From Alphaproteobacteria bacterium (GTDB taxonomy: Bacteria > Pseudomonadota > Alphaproteobacteria > UBA8366): 64,000 bases of DNA. Each line of letters begins with the position of its first letter. Within the stretch, counting starts at the first letter, position 1. A program made the translations under genes and the position numbers. The notes beneath the pieces are model-generated. The model did not search any database. It saw only the letters and a program-made list of their open reading frames with translations, and had not been told where the DNA came from. The stretch spans positions 5,568,656 to 5,632,655 of the forward strand of contig OZ245851.1 in assembly GCA_965228975.1 (NCBI GenBank), read 5' to 3'. This document shows positions 31,184 to 41,726 of this stretch, in pieces.

Positions 31184-33017
31184 AGCATGGGCCGCTGCCT
31201 TCGCGGCGGCCTTCTCGGTCGTGTCGACCGCCGCCGTTGCGGCGGAAACGCCGCAGCACGACTTGCGGCCGCTCGCCGATGGCGTTGCGGCGCCCGAGAC
31301 ACGGATTGCGCAAGAAGGTCCTGTCCGGTTGATGCCGCGGCGTGACTTCACGAAGCCACCGGCCGAACGCGAACCTGAAACACCCGACGAAGCCACGCCG
31401 CCACCGGAAATCCAGGTGCAGGATTTAGGCGAAGTCGATTCCGAGGCGGTCGGCGTTTTGGACAGCGATGCCGGCGGCTTCGGGTCAGAGATGTGGGAAG
31501 GCACGCCCCGCGACCTGATCGAAAGGTTGCTGAAGAGCATTCCGGCGACCATGACGTCGCCGGTGCTGCGCTCGCTTACCCGGCGGCTCTTGTTGTCGGC
31601 GGCAGTCGTGCCGGAGGCCGCCGAAGGCGCCAAGGCTGGCGGCCGCAAGCCGACGATCCTGTCCCAGCGCATCGCCCGTTTGCTGGCGATGGGATTGGTT
31701 AGCGATGCCGACAGGCTGATCGCCGTGTCGCCCACGCGTCAGCGCGATCCCGATATCGTCCGGCTCAATGTCGAGAACATGCTGCTCGCCCATGATGTCG
31801 GCGGGGCGTGTAACGAGGCGCGGCGGGATCCGAATCGTCTCGTCCAGCCGTATTGGCAGAAGCTTTCGGTCTTTTGCCAGGTGCTGGGCGGCAGCGCGGA
31901 CGCGGCGCGATTCGGCGCCCAGATATTGGCCGAGAATCCGGAATTCGACGACAACGCTTTTCTGGCATTGGTGGATCGGCTGGGCGGTGCCGACCACGTT
32001 CAAATCAGGTCGCTGCCGAAACCGACGGCCCTGCATCTGGCGATGTTGCGCAGTGCAAACGCCGGCGTCCCCGACGATGCGGTGTCGAATGCGCCACCCT
32101 CGGTATTGCGGGCTATCGCGACCAGTCCTCATACGGCGCTGGACCTGAAATTGGAGGCCGCGGAACGCGCCGCGCTGGTCGGTGCGATTACGCCGGAACG
32201 GTTGGGCGAAGTCTATTCGAGCGTAGAGTTCGACGACGAAGAACTCGCGAATGCCCTAACGATCGCCGAGGAGAAACGAAATCCGCGCGGCCGCGCGCTC
32301 CTCTATCGGGCGGCGGCCAAACAGGCGGTGCCCACGGCGAAGGCGGCGGTCATTCGAAAGGCATTCGAATTGGCGCGCGTGGATGGTCAAGTGCCCTTGG
32401 TCGTGCGGCTCTATCGCAAGACGCTGACCGGCGTGCCGGTGTCGGCGGAGCTGGCGTGGTTCGCCGGCGACGCTGCGCGGGGCCTGTTGGCGCTTGGAGA
32501 TACGGAAGCCGCCGAACCTTGGCTTGCGCTGCTGCGGGCGCGGGCGAACCGCGATCCCGAAGCGCGTACGGCGCAGGACGGCATGTGGGCGTTGGCCCTG
32601 ATCGCCGGCGAGGAGCGCTACCGTGCCGACGACGCCAAGGCAATGGCGGCGTGGCTGGCGGTGCAACGCACGATCGACGCGGAAACCGCTGAACATCGGG
32701 CGGGTTTGGCGTTGACGCTGGTAAAGGCCTTGGGCGCGCAGGTGCCGGAACGCTACTGGCAGGACCTGGTGCAGCCGCCGCAGCGCCATGCCGCCGCGGT
32801 GCCGCAGTCGGCCTATCCGCAAGCGCTGGCGCAAGCAGCCAAAGGCAGCCGGCCTGCGGAGACGGTTTTGCTGCTCGTCCTGATGGCCGGATCGGCGGCC
32901 CCGGCGAAGAATGAAGCGGGTCTTCTGGAAGACGCGATCTCGGCACTACGGACGATCGGTCTGGATGCGGAGGCCCGGTCGCTGGCGCTGGAAGCGGCGC
33001 TTGCCCACGGACTTTGA
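31161..33017 (+). CDS. Exported alanine-rich helical hypothetical protein upstream of xerD
   Basis: Signal-like N-terminus, GFGSEMWEGT, LTRRLLLS and C-terminal ALRTIGLDAEARSLALEAA. Confidence 0.8.
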   Translation: MTVAFRDKAWAAAFAAAFSVVSTAAVAAETPQHDLRPLADGVAAPETRIAQEGPVRLMPRRDFTKPPAEREPETPDEATPPPEIQVQDLGEVDSEAVGVLDSDAGGFGSEMWEGTPRDLIERLLKSIPATMTSPVLRSLTRRLLLSAAVVPEAAEGAKAGGRKPTILSQRIARLLAMGLVSDADRLIAVSPTRQRDPDIVRLNVENMLLAHDVGGACNEARRDPNRLVQPYWQKLSVFCQVLGGSADAARFGAQILAENPEFDDNAFLALVDRLGGADHVQIRSLPKPTALHLAMLRSANAGVPDDAVSNAPPSVLRAIATSPHTALDLKLEAAERAALVGAITPERLGEVYSSVEFDDEELANALTIAEEKRNPRGRALLYRAAAKQAVPTAKAAVIRKAFELARVDGQVPLVVRLYRKTLTGVPVSAELAWFAGDAARGLLALGDTEAAEPWLALLRARANRDPEARTAQDGMWALALIAGEERYRADDAKAMAAWLAVQRTIDAETAEHRAGLALTLVKALGAQVPERYWQDLVQPPQRHAAAVPQSAYPQALAQAAKGSRPAETVLLLVLMAGSAAPAKNEAGLLEDAISALRTIGLDAEARSLALEAALAHGL

Positions 33018-33074
33018 CCGTTAGCCCGGAAGGAGCAGCCGGCGATTTCCCGGTATATCGACAGCTTTCTTGAA

Positions 33075-33980
33075 ATGCTCGCTGCGGAGCGGGGCGCGGC
33101 GGATAATACGCTTGCCGCCTATCGCCGTGATCTCGACGATTTCCTGCGTTTCGTTGCCGGTGGTGGCACCGGAGATTTCGACCGCGCGGCGCTAACGGCC
33201 ACGACGGAAACGGTGCGCGATTTCATGAGCCATCTCTCCGACAGCGGGTTGGCGGCGTCGACCGCGTCACGGCGGCTTTCCGCGCTGCGTCAGTTCTTTG
33301 GGTTTCTCTTTATCGAAGGCATTCGGACCGACGATCCGACGGCGGTCATCGACAGCCCGCGCCGCGCCCGAGCCCTGCCGAAGATTCTCACGGAAGAGGA
33401 GGTGGACCGTTTGCTGGCGGCGGCCCGCGCGATCGAGGGGCCGGACGGACTGCGGCTGACGTCGATGCTCGAACTCCTGTACGCGACAGGATTGCGCGTG
33501 TCCGAACTGGTGACCTTGCCGCTCTCGGCGGCGCTGCGCGATCCCACGGTGCTGATCGTCCGGGGCAAGGGAGGCCGCGAACGCATGGTGCCGTTGACCG
33601 ACGTCGCCCGGGCGGCCTTGCGGGACTATTGTGATGTGCGCGGATCGTTCCTGAAACGGCAGAAGGACTCGCCTTGGCTTTTCCCGTCCACCGGCAAGGA
33701 GGGACATCTGTCGCGGCAGCGGTTCGGGCAGATGCTCAAGGCGCTGGCCGTTGAAAGCGGCATCGAGCCGCGCAAGGTCAGTCCGCATGTGTTGCGTCAT
33801 GCCTTCGCCAGCCATCTTCTGGCGCATGGCGCCGATCTTCGGTCGGTTCAACAGATGCTAGGTCATGCGGACATATCGACGACCCAAATTTACACGCATG
33901 TCCTGGACGAGCGCTTGCGGTCTCTGGTGCGGGACAAACATCCCCTGTCGCATCAGGGTCCGGCCGCCGGTGCACGGTGA
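33075..33980 (+). CDS. xerD: Site-specific tyrosine recombinase XerD
   Basis: NTLAAYRRDL, TGLRVSEL, GKGGRERMVP, HVLRHAFASH and LGHADISTTQIYTH motifs; true start may lie upstream (see findings). Confidence 0.93.
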   Translation: MLAAERGAADNTLAAYRRDLDDFLRFVAGGGTGDFDRAALTATTETVRDFMSHLSDSGLAASTASRRLSALRQFFGFLFIEGIRTDDPTAVIDSPRRARALPKILTEEEVDRLLAAARAIEGPDGLRLTSMLELLYATGLRVSELVTLPLSAALRDPTVLIVRGKGGRERMVPLTDVARAALRDYCDVRGSFLKRQKDSPWLFPSTGKEGHLSRQRFGQMLKALAVESGIEPRKVSPHVLRHAFASHLLAHGADLRSVQQMLGHADISTTQIYTHVLDERLRSLVRDKHPLSHQGPAAGAR

Positions 33981-34056
33981 CGTGCAGGCAGCGATTTCAA
34001 TTTGCCAACGGGTGTGCTAGGTACTCGCGCCTATTTGCGGGAATAATCCGGGCGCG

Positions 34057-35013
34057 ATGAATACTTTTTTGGATTTCGAAAAACCCATCGCCGAACTCGA
34101 AGGGAAGATCGAGGAACTTCGACATTTGGCGGGGGAGGGCGACCTCAACATTGCGGATGAGGTCGCCAAGCTGCAAGGCAAGGCGGAACGCCTGCTTCGG
34201 CAGACCTATCAAAAGCTGGAACCGTGGCAGAAGGTGCAGGTCGCGCGCCATCCGGACCGGCCCCATTGCGGCGACTACCTGGCGCGGCTGATCGAGGATT
34301 TCACCCCCATCGCGGGCGACCGCTCCTACGCGGAAGACAAGGCGATCGTCGGCGGTATCGGACGGTTCCGCGGCTATTCCTGCGTCGTGATCGGCCAGGA
34401 AAAGGGCGGCGATACGACGGCCCGTGTGACCCATAACTTCGGGATGGCGCGTCCCGAAGGGTACCGCAAGGCCCGCCGTTTGATGGAGTTGGCCGACCGG
34501 TTTGGCCTGCCCGTGCTGTCACTGGTCGATACCTCCGGCGCGTATCCCGGTGTTGGTGCGGAAGAACGCGGCCAGGCCGAGGCGATCGCGCGATGCATCG
34601 ATGCCTGCCTGTCGATCCGGGTGCCGCTGATCAGCGCCGTCATCGGCGAGGGCGGGTCGGGCGGCGCGATCGCGATTGCCGCGGGTGACCATGTCATCAT
34701 GCTGGAACACAGCATTTACTCGGTCATTTCCCCGGAAGGCTGCGCGTCGATCCTTTGGCGCAGTGCGGAAAAGAACCAGATCGCCGCGGAAGCGCTGCGA
34801 TTGACGGCGCAAGACCTGTTGAAGCTCGGCATCGTGGACGAGGTTGTCGACGAACCGCTCGGCGGCGCCCACCGCGATCCGGGCGCCACGATCGACGCAT
34901 TGGGGGACGCGCTTGAGACTAAGCTGAAAGAGCTACTGGCCGTGGATGGCGGGACGCTTCATAATCGTCGGCGAGAGAAATTCTTGAATATGGATGGCCG
35001 GGAATTGTCGTGA
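34057..35013 (+). CDS. accA: Acetyl-CoA carboxylase carboxyltransferase alpha subunit
   Basis: [28 protein letters not shown] and VISPEGCA motifs. Confidence 0.97.
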   Translation: MNTFLDFEKPIAELEGKIEELRHLAGEGDLNIADEVAKLQGKAERLLRQTYQKLEPWQKVQVARHPDRPHCGDYLARLIEDFTPIAGDRSYAEDKAIVGGIGRFRGYSCVVIGQEKGGDTTARVTHNFGMARPEGYRKARRLMELADRFGLPVLSLVDTSGAYPGVGAEERGQAEAIARCIDACLSIRVPLISAVIGEGGSGGAIAIAAGDHVIMLEHSIYSVISPEGCASILWRSAEKNQIAAEALRLTAQDLLKLGIVDEVVDEPLGGAHRDPGATIDALGDALETKLKELLAVDGGTLHNRRREKFLNMDGRELS

Positions 35014-35426
35014 TGCGGATCGCCGTCGTTTTGTTGGTGTCAATGTTGTGTGCCGGTTGCGGCAACACATGGGAACAGTTCATGACGCCCGATTTCGGGC
35101 CGTCGCGTGGCGATGTAGCGGTGAGCAGCGAGCGGGTCGGCGCCGGCGACCGGGTGCGCGGCAATTCCCAGGTTTTCGATAAACAGGCGGCGGTCGGCGC
35201 ACCGCCTGTCGGATGTTATCGCGGCCGGCTAACCGACGAAGGCGAAACCTGCCAGGCGCTCAGGACCGACGGTGGGGCGTTGTTGACCCTCGGCGGCGCG
35301 TTGCGCGGCTTCGGCAGCGGCGATTCCGTATGCGTTTGCGGATTCCGGTCGGCGAACCAGTTTTGTAAGCAGGGCATCACGATGATCGTCCGCGATATCT
35401 CGAACACCTGCGCGGATATCCGCTAG
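35010..35426 (+). CDS. Cys-rich hypothetical lipoprotein (DUF5818-like C-terminal domain)
   Basis: Lipobox LCAGC; GRLTDEG.TC.ALRT...VCVCG...FC.QG pattern; overlaps the accA stop. Confidence 0.6.
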   Translation: MMRIAVVLLVSMLCAGCGNTWEQFMTPDFGPSRGDVAVSSERVGAGDRVRGNSQVFDKQAAVGAPPVGCYRGRLTDEGETCQALRTDGGALLTLGGALRGFGSGDSVCVCGFRSANQFCKQGITMIVRDISNTCADIR

Positions 35427-35444
35427 CCCGGCAAATCCAGAGAT

Positions 35445-35930
35445 TTAGGTCTTGGCTCGCTTTCGGCGGAACCGGAAGTCGCAATGGCTTGCGCCTTCCA
35501 TGACGGTTTGCGTGCGGGTGAGTTCGAGGTCCGGGTCGAAACCGTCGATCATCGCGAAATCGCGGCTGCAGTGGACCAGGAAACCGAGTTCGGGCATGCC
35601 GAGATCCTTGTAAAACTCGGCGTATTTGCAGCGCGTGACGTTGAAGTTGAACTGTTCGTCATCACCGTCCTGAACGTCGATTTCGAGGCTGCCGCCGCCG
35701 GCCCAAACGTCTGACGCGACCTTCTGGAGCCCGTCCAGATCCTTACCGTAGGTCTCGGCCCAGGCGGCGCCGTCCGTCACTGCCAGGGTCCGGATGGTTT
35801 CCGCGACAAGCGACCGGGTCGCGGCGTCGCCGAACTTTTCCCGGCAGGCTTCGATGAAGGGGATGAGGACGCGGCTTTCGATCTTGCGCCGTTGCAGATG
35901 GCTGATGGGAAGGTCGGTTCCATCGGTCAT
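35445..35930 (-). CDS. L-2-amino-thiazoline-4-carboxylic acid hydrolase family protein
   Basis: FNVTRCKYAE, CSRDF and LTRTQTVMEGASHCDFRF motifs. Confidence 0.88.
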   Translation of the reverse strand: MTDGTDLPISHLQRRKIESRVLIPFIEACREKFGDAATRSLVAETIRTLAVTDGAAWAETYGKDLDGLQKVASDVWAGGGSLEIDVQDGDDEQFNFNVTRCKYAEFYKDLGMPELGFLVHCSRDFAMIDGFDPDLELTRTQTVMEGASHCDFRFRRKRAKT

Positions 35931-35989
35931 GAGGGGGCCTCACGCGATGCATCGCCGGGACGGCCACGAATTGGCCGAATGCGGCCAGC

Positions 35990-38746
35990 CTACAGTTTGC
36001 CGTGGCAATGCTTGTATTTTTTACCGGACCCGCAGGGGCAGGGCGCGTTTCGCTGAATCTTGCCCCAGGTCGACGGGTCGTTGGGGTCGATGTCCTCGGC
36101 GGCGACCCGGCTTCGCACCGGCGCGGTCCGCACCAGCAATTCGCCGTTCTCGTCCTCGGCGACGCCTGAGTCGATCGGCTCCGCCGGATCGAGCCGCGTT
36201 TCATGCATCTCCTGCTGCTGGTTCAACAGCATGTCGTCCGGCACGGATTCCATCTGGAATTCGACATGGGCGAGCGTTCCGGTCACGGTCTCGCGGACGC
36301 GGACCAGCATCTCCTCGAACAGGTCGAAGGCTTCTCGCTTGTACTCGTTCAACGGATCGCGCTGTCCGTAGGCCCGCAACCCGATACCCTGCCGCAGATG
36401 GTCGAGCTGCAGAAGATGTTCCTTCCAGGTCTGATCGAGAATATGAAGCAGCAGGCTCTTTTCCGCGTGGCGCATCAGGTCGGCGCCGTAATTTGCGGCT
36501 TTCTCCGCCATCTTGGTGTCGCTGGCGTTGAGGATGCGTTCCTTGATCTCTTGGTCGGCGATCCCTTCCTCGGCCGCCCAGTCGGAGAGCGGCAGGTCGA
36601 GGTCGAACAGGCGGCGGCATTCCTCGTGGAGTGAATCCATTTCCCACTGCTCGGGCATCGCGTCTTCGGGAATGCAGCGCGCGATCAGTTCCTCGATCAC
36701 CTCATGGCGCATGTCGGTGACGTCGCTGCTGACGTCGTCGGTACGCATCAGGTCCTTGCGCTGTTCGTAGATCACCTTGCGCTGATCGTTCATGACGTCG
36801 TCGTATTGCAGCAGGTGTTTCCGAATGTCGAAGTTGCGTTGTTCGACCTTCTCCTGCGCTTTTTCCAACGCCTTGTTGATCCAGGGATGGATGATCGCCT
36901 CGCCTTCCTGCAGGCCGAGCTTCTGGAGCATGCCGTCCATCCGGTCGGAACCGAAGATGCGCATCAGGTCGTCTTCGAGACTGACGAAGAATTTCGACGC
37001 GCCGGGGTCGCCTTGCCGGCCCGCGCGGCCGCGGAGCTGATTGTCGATACGGCGCGACTCATGCCGTTCGGTGCCGAGCACGAACAGGCCGCCGGACTTC
37101 AGGACCTGCTCCTTCTTGGTCGCGATATCGGCTTCGATCTCGCTGGTCTTCTTGGCCCGCGCACCTTCATCGGTAATACCATCCAACTCGCGGTCGAGAC
37201 GCATTTCCAGGTTGCCGCCGAGCTGAATGTCGGTGCCGCGTCCCGCCATGTTGGTGGCGATCGTCACCGCGCCGGGCGCGCCGGCGTCGGCGATGATATG
37301 GGCTTCCTGCTCGTGGTGCCGCGCGTTCAGCACTTTATGCTTGATCTTGCGCTTCTTCAGCAGGGCCGCCAGCTCTTCCGATTTCTCGATGCTGATCGTA
37401 CCGACCAGCACCGGTTGCTCCCGGCTGTTGCAGTCTTCGATCTGATCGATGATCGCGTTGTATTTTTCCGCGCCGGTCCGGTAGACCTCATCGTCCATGT
37501 CGTCGCGGATCATGTCCCGGTTGGTCGGCATGTCGACCACCTCGAGACCGTAAATCTCCCCGAATTCGGGCGCCTCGGTCATAGCGGTGCCGGTCATCCC
37601 CGACAGTTTCGGATACATGCGGAAATAGTTCTGGAAGGTGATCGACGCCAGGGTCTGGTTCTCGTTCTGAATCTGAACGTTTTCCTTCGCTTCGAGCGCC
37701 TGGTGCAAGCCTTCGGAATAGCGCCGGCCTTCCATCATGCGGCCGGTGAACTCGTCGATGATGACGACCTTGTTGTCTTTCACGATGTAATCGGTGTCCC
37801 GCTGGAACAGGGTATGCGCCCGCAACGCCTGATTGACATGGTGGACCAGCGAGATGTTTTGAATGTCGTACAGCCCGCCCTCGGACAGCAGGCCCGCTTC
37901 CAGCAGCAGCGTTTCGATCTTCTGCGCGCCTTCCTCGGTCAGGGTGACAGTGCGCTGTTTTTCGTCTTTCTCGTAGTCGCTCTCGCTCAGTTTCGGGATC
38001 AGCCGATCGACATTCCGGTAGTCCTCCGCGGAGTCTTCCGTCGGGCCCGAGATGATGAGCGGTGTTCTGGCTTCGTCGATCAGGATCGAGTCCACCTCGT
38101 CGACGATGGCGTAGTTGAACGGGCGCTGGACCATTTCCTCCAGCTGGAATTTCATGTTGTCGCGCAGATAGTCGAAGCCGAATTCGTTGTTGGTGCCGTA
38201 GGTCACGTCGCAGCCGTACTGCGCCTGACGCTCCTCGTCGTCCAACTCGTGGACGATGCAGCCGACGGTCAGACCCAGGAATTCGTATATCTCACCCATC
38301 CAGCGGGCATCGCGCTGGGCCAGATAGTCGTTCACCGTCACGACATGCACGCCCTTGCCTTCCAAGGCGTTGAGGTAGACCGGCAATGTGGCCACCAGTG
38401 TCTTACCTTCACCGGTCCGCATTTCGGCGATCTTGCCGCTGTGCAGGACCATGCCGCCGATAAGCTGCACGTCGAAATGGCGCTGCCCCAGCGTGCGCTT
38501 GGCCGCCTCGCGGACGGTCGCGAAGGCCTCGATCAAAATTTCGTCAAGTGTCTCGCCGTTTTGCAGCCGCTCGCGGAACATATCGGTGCGGGCACGGAGT
38601 TCCTCGTCGGACAACGGCTCGAATTCCGACTCGAGCTCATTGATGGCCTCGACCTTCGTGCGCAACTGCCGGACGGTCCGGTCGTTGGCGGTTCCGAAAA
38701 CCGATCTTAGGACATTGGAAGGCGCTTTCAGCAATCCGCCGATCAT
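35990..38746 (-). CDS. secA: Preprotein translocase subunit SecA
   Basis: [31 protein letters not shown] and C-terminal [13 protein letters not shown]. Confidence 0.99.
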   Translation of the reverse strand: MIGGLLKAPSNVLRSVFGTANDRTVRQLRTKVEAINELESEFEPLSDEELRARTDMFRERLQNGETLDEILIEAFATVREAAKRTLGQRHFDVQLIGGMVLHSGKIAEMRTGEGKTLVATLPVYLNALEGKGVHVVTVNDYLAQRDARWMGEIYEFLGLTVGCIVHELDDEERQAQYGCDVTYGTNNEFGFDYLRDNMKFQLEEMVQRPFNYAIVDEVDSILIDEARTPLIISGPTEDSAEDYRNVDRLIPKLSESDYEKDEKQRTVTLTEEGAQKIETLLLEAGLLSEGGLYDIQNISLVHHVNQALRAHTLFQRDTDYIVKDNKVVIIDEFTGRMMEGRRYSEGLHQALEAKENVQIQNENQTLASITFQNYFRMYPKLSGMTGTAMTEAPEFGEIYGLEVVDMPTNRDMIRDDMDDEVYRTGAEKYNAIIDQIEDCNSREQPVLVGTISIEKSEELAALLKKRKIKHKVLNARHHEQEAHIIADAGAPGAVTIATNMAGRGTDIQLGGNLEMRLDRELDGITDEGARAKKTSEIEADIATKKEQVLKSGGLFVLGTERHESRRIDNQLRGRAGRQGDPGASKFFVSLEDDLMRIFGSDRMDGMLQKLGLQEGEAIIHPWINKALEKAQEKVEQRNFDIRKHLLQYDDVMNDQRKVIYEQRKDLMRTDDVSSDVTDMRHEVIEELIARCIPEDAMPEQWEMDSLHEECRRLFDLDLPLSDWAAEEGIADQEIKERILNASDTKMAEKAANYGADLMRHAEKSLLLHILDQTWKEHLLQLDHLRQGIGLRAYGQRDPLNEYKREAFDLFEEMLVRVRETVTGTLAHVEFQMESVPDDMLLNQQQEMHETRLDPAEPIDSGVAEDENGELLVRTAPVRSRVAAEDIDPNDPSTWGKIQRNAPCPCGSGKKYKHCHGKL

Positions 38747-38805
38747 GGGGACCTCGGGGTAGAGGCGCGAAGTGGAAGCGCCGGGGTTTCTGCGGGATAC
38801 GGTGT

Positions 38806-38834
38806 GACATAAGCATCCGCATCCTATCTGTCAA
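38806..38834 (-). promoter_or_regulatory. Putative sigma70 promoter of secA
   Basis: TTGACA-N17-TATGTC on the minus strand, about 60 nt before the start. Confidence 0.55.
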
Positions 38835-39119
38835 CGATGTGCGGGCAAGCGTGATCGTGCCTGATGGGTCTCAAAAACCCGGGGCTTCCCGTCATGGTTT
38901 TCCGGACACGGGCAACACGCGTCCCGCCACCGCGTGATTAAGCCAAAATAGTTAAGTTTCCATGTCACCGGAACCGGTTACCGCTGCGGAATTTCCTTGC
39001 CTGCCCAGGGTCGTCCCTGCGACCCTGGTGCGCTTGTGCTGACTGCCTACATATGCATTATGCCCGCTTGTTTCGGGCGAAATTATGCCGGTGTCCAACT
39101 TCTCTGAAGGGATGGTTTC

Positions 39120-40016
39120 ATGACACGCCTCGTTGCGGTGGCTTTTTCGGTTCTCCTGTACGGTGCGCTGGCGGCGGCGCCGGCCATGGCCCAAAAATCG
39201 GCACCGAAGGGTGCGGCGAAGTCGAGCAAGCCGGTTGTGGTCGCGAAAGTCGAAGGGCAGCCGATCTATGACCGCGAGGTGATCGCGGCTTTCCGGTCCT
39301 TGCCGCCCAAGGTGCAAAAACAGGGCATCGGCAAGCTGTATGAGCGCGTTCTCGAACTGTTGATCGAGCGCAAGATGATGGCGATCTTCGGCCGTCGGGA
39401 AAAATACGACAAGAAGCCCGAGGTCAAGCGGCGGGTGCGGCAGGCGGAGGACCAGATCATCCGCGATGTCTATCTCGGCGATTTGATCAAGAAATACCTG
39501 ACGGAAGACCGCATCAAGGCGCATTACGACGAATATGTGCAAAAGAATCCGCCAAAGACCGAAGTACGCGCCCGTCACATTCTGGTGGAGAACGAGGCGA
39601 AGGCGAAGGACATCGTCAAGCAGGCCAAGAACGGTCAGGACTTCGCGAAGCTGGCCGCAAAGAATTCCGTCGGTCCGTCCGCACAGCGCGGCGGCGATCT
39701 CGGTTATTTCACGGCCAAGGAGATGGTCAAGCCGTTTTCCGACGTAGCCTTCAAGCTTAAGAAGGGCCAGATCTCGCAAAAGCCGGTGAAGACGCAATTC
39801 GGTTGGCATGTGATCAAGGTCGAGGATCGCCGGACCCGGAAAGTGCCGCCCTACAAGAAAGTCAAAGGGCAGATGACGCGTCAGGTCGGTCAGAAGCTCG
39901 GCCAGGATTTCATTCGCCAATTCCGGGAGCAGGCCAAGGTCGAGCGGTATTCGCTGGACGGTAAAAAGAAACTGCCGAAAATGCCGGCGACGCCGTTGCG
40001 TCCCGCCCCGAAATAA
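39120..40016 (+). CDS. Parvulin-type peptidyl-prolyl isomerase (PrsA/PpiC family)
   Basis: Signal peptide, ARHILV, GGDLGYF and PVKTQFGWHVIK motifs. Confidence 0.93.
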   Translation: MTRLVAVAFSVLLYGALAAAPAMAQKSAPKGAAKSSKPVVVAKVEGQPIYDREVIAAFRSLPPKVQKQGIGKLYERVLELLIERKMMAIFGRREKYDKKPEVKRRVRQAEDQIIRDVYLGDLIKKYLTEDRIKAHYDEYVQKNPPKTEVRARHILVENEAKAKDIVKQAKNGQDFAKLAAKNSVGPSAQRGGDLGYFTAKEMVKPFSDVAFKLKKGQISQKPVKTQFGWHVIKVEDRRTRKVPPYKKVKGQMTRQVGQKLGQDFIRQFREQAKVERYSLDGKKKLPKMPATPLRPAPK

Positions 40017-40026
40017 GAGCCGCGCC

Positions 40027-41256
40027 ATGTTCGAGAAATCTCCCCTGGCGCCGGTCGGTGTTCCGGATATGCCGTCGATTCCCGGCGTCCGGGTCGCGGG
40101 TATGGCGGCGGGCCTGAAGGAAAGCGGCCGGCCGGATCTTTTCATGGCGGAATTGGTTGCGGGGTCGACGGTTGCCGGGGTCTTCACGCAATCGGCCTGC
40201 GCGTCGGCGCCGGTCGAATGGTGCCGCAAGGTGCTGCCCGGCGGCAGCGCCCGCGGTATCGTGGTCAACTCGGGCAACGCCAATGCATTTACCGGCAAGG
40301 CCGGCGACAAGACCGTCGCCCATACCGTTCGCACCGCCGCGCAACTGATCGGCTGCCGCCAGAAGGACATTTTCGTGGCGTCGACCGGCGTGATCGGTGT
40401 CCCGGTGTCGCAGGACTATGTTGGCCGGAAGCTCAAGCAGCTTCACAAACGCCTCAAGCCTGGCGCGTGGACCGATGCGGCCGAGGCGATCCTGACGACG
40501 GACACCTTCGCGAAGATGGCGACGCGGACCGCAAGGATCGGCGATACGGAGGTCACGCTCTCCGGCATCGCCAAGGGGTCCGGCATGATCGCGCCCGACA
40601 TGGCGACGATGCTCTCTTTCGTCTTCACTGATGCCAAGATCCCGGCGCCGGTATTGCAGACGATGTTACGGCGGACGGCCGACCGCTCTTTCAACTGCAT
40701 TACCGTCGACAGCGACACATCGACCAGCGATACGCTGCTGTTGGCGGCGACCGGTCAAGCGGACCATCCTGCCGTGTCGTCCGCGGGCGCACGTGTCGCG
40801 GCCGATTTCCGGCGGGCGCTGGAAGAACTGGCCATCGACCTCGCGACCCAGGTCGTGAAGGATGGCGAAGGGGCGCAGAAATTCATCACGATTGATATCA
40901 AGGGTGCGGCGTCGGATCGTGCCGCGCGCCGGATCGGGTTGGCGGTCGCCAATTCGCCGCTGGTCAAGACGGCGATCGCAGGCAGCGACGCCAATTGGGG
41001 CCGTGTCGTCATGGCGGTGGGAAAGGCCGGCGAGAAGGCCGATCGCGACCGGATGTCGATCTCTTTCGGTGGAATCGACATCACGCGGCGCGGCAAGCAG
41101 GTCGCAGGATACGATGAAGCGGAAATCGAGCGGCATCTGGCCGGCCGCGACGTCGATCTGTCGGTCGATGTCGGTGTCGGCAAGGGCGCTGCCCGGGTTT
41201 GGACCTGCGACCTGACGCATGGCTACATCACGATAAACGCCGATTACCGGACATGA
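40027..41256 (+). CDS. argJ: Bifunctional ornithine acetyltransferase/N-acetylglutamate synthase
   Basis: NSGNANA, TTDT, KGSGMIAPDMAT, DTSTSD, DGEG and NWGR motifs. Confidence 0.97.
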   Translation: MFEKSPLAPVGVPDMPSIPGVRVAGMAAGLKESGRPDLFMAELVAGSTVAGVFTQSACASAPVEWCRKVLPGGSARGIVVNSGNANAFTGKAGDKTVAHTVRTAAQLIGCRQKDIFVASTGVIGVPVSQDYVGRKLKQLHKRLKPGAWTDAAEAILTTDTFAKMATRTARIGDTEVTLSGIAKGSGMIAPDMATMLSFVFTDAKIPAPVLQTMLRRTADRSFNCITVDSDTSTSDTLLLAATGQADHPAVSSAGARVAADFRRALEELAIDLATQVVKDGEGAQKFITIDIKGAASDRAARRIGLAVANSPLVKTAIAGSDANWGRVVMAVGKAGEKADRDRMSISFGGIDITRRGKQVAGYDEAEIERHLAGRDVDLSVDVGVGKGAARVWTCDLTHGYITINADYRT

Positions 41257-41708
41257 CCGATGCTGCCCAACGCGATGGTTGTTGGGAGGATCGCGAAGAG
41301 GCGGAACCCCTCCCGATGCTGTTCGTCGCGGCGGGCGCGCTTGTCGACGCCGATGGCCGAGTGCTCATCGCACAGCGTCCGGAAGGGAAGGCGATGGCCG
41401 GGTTGTGGGAGTTCCCGGGCGGCAAAGTGCGCGATGGCGAGACCCCGGAAGCGGCCTTGATCCGCGAATTCGAGGAAGAACTCGGGATCGATACTCGCGA
41501 GAGCTGCCTTGCCCCGATCGCCTTCGCCAGCCACCGCTACGACGACTTTCACCTCTTGATGCCGTTGTATGTCTGCCGGGTCTGGAAGGGCACGCCGACC
41601 GCGCGGGAAGGGCAAGAACTGGCCTGGGTGCGTCCGCCGCGCCTCGGCGACTACCCGATGCCGCCTGCCGATGCGCCGCTGGTCGCCATGCTGCGCGACC
41701 TGCTCTGA
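41253..41708 (+). CDS. mutT: 8-oxo-dGTP diphosphatase (Nudix)
   Basis: WEFPGGK...ETPEAALIREFEEELG Nudix box; follows argJ. Confidence 0.92.
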   Translation: MTDAAQRDGCWEDREEAEPLPMLFVAAGALVDADGRVLIAQRPEGKAMAGLWEFPGGKVRDGETPEAALIREFEEELGIDTRESCLAPIAFASHRYDDFHLLMPLYVCRVWKGTPTAREGQELAWVRPPRLGDYPMPPADAPLVAMLRDLL

Positions 41709-41726
41709 GCCAGGACCGATCGCCCG

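Noticed and set aside
33075-33980. Tyrosine recombinase as a possible phage or island integrase
   Set aside because: Sequence and aroK/accA context match housekeeping XerD; no att repeats, tRNA or cargo genes
36704-38710. 668-aa + strand ORF, and similar long antisense ORFs at 3033-4475, 15958-17259, 38952-40370 and 56947-58278
   Set aside because: Opposite well-supported genes (secA, lysS, tgt, PPIase/argJ, hisS); codon-bias artefacts
38938-38955. TTAA...TTAA as a CtrA box
   Set aside because: Spacing is 10 nt, not the 7 nt of the consensus
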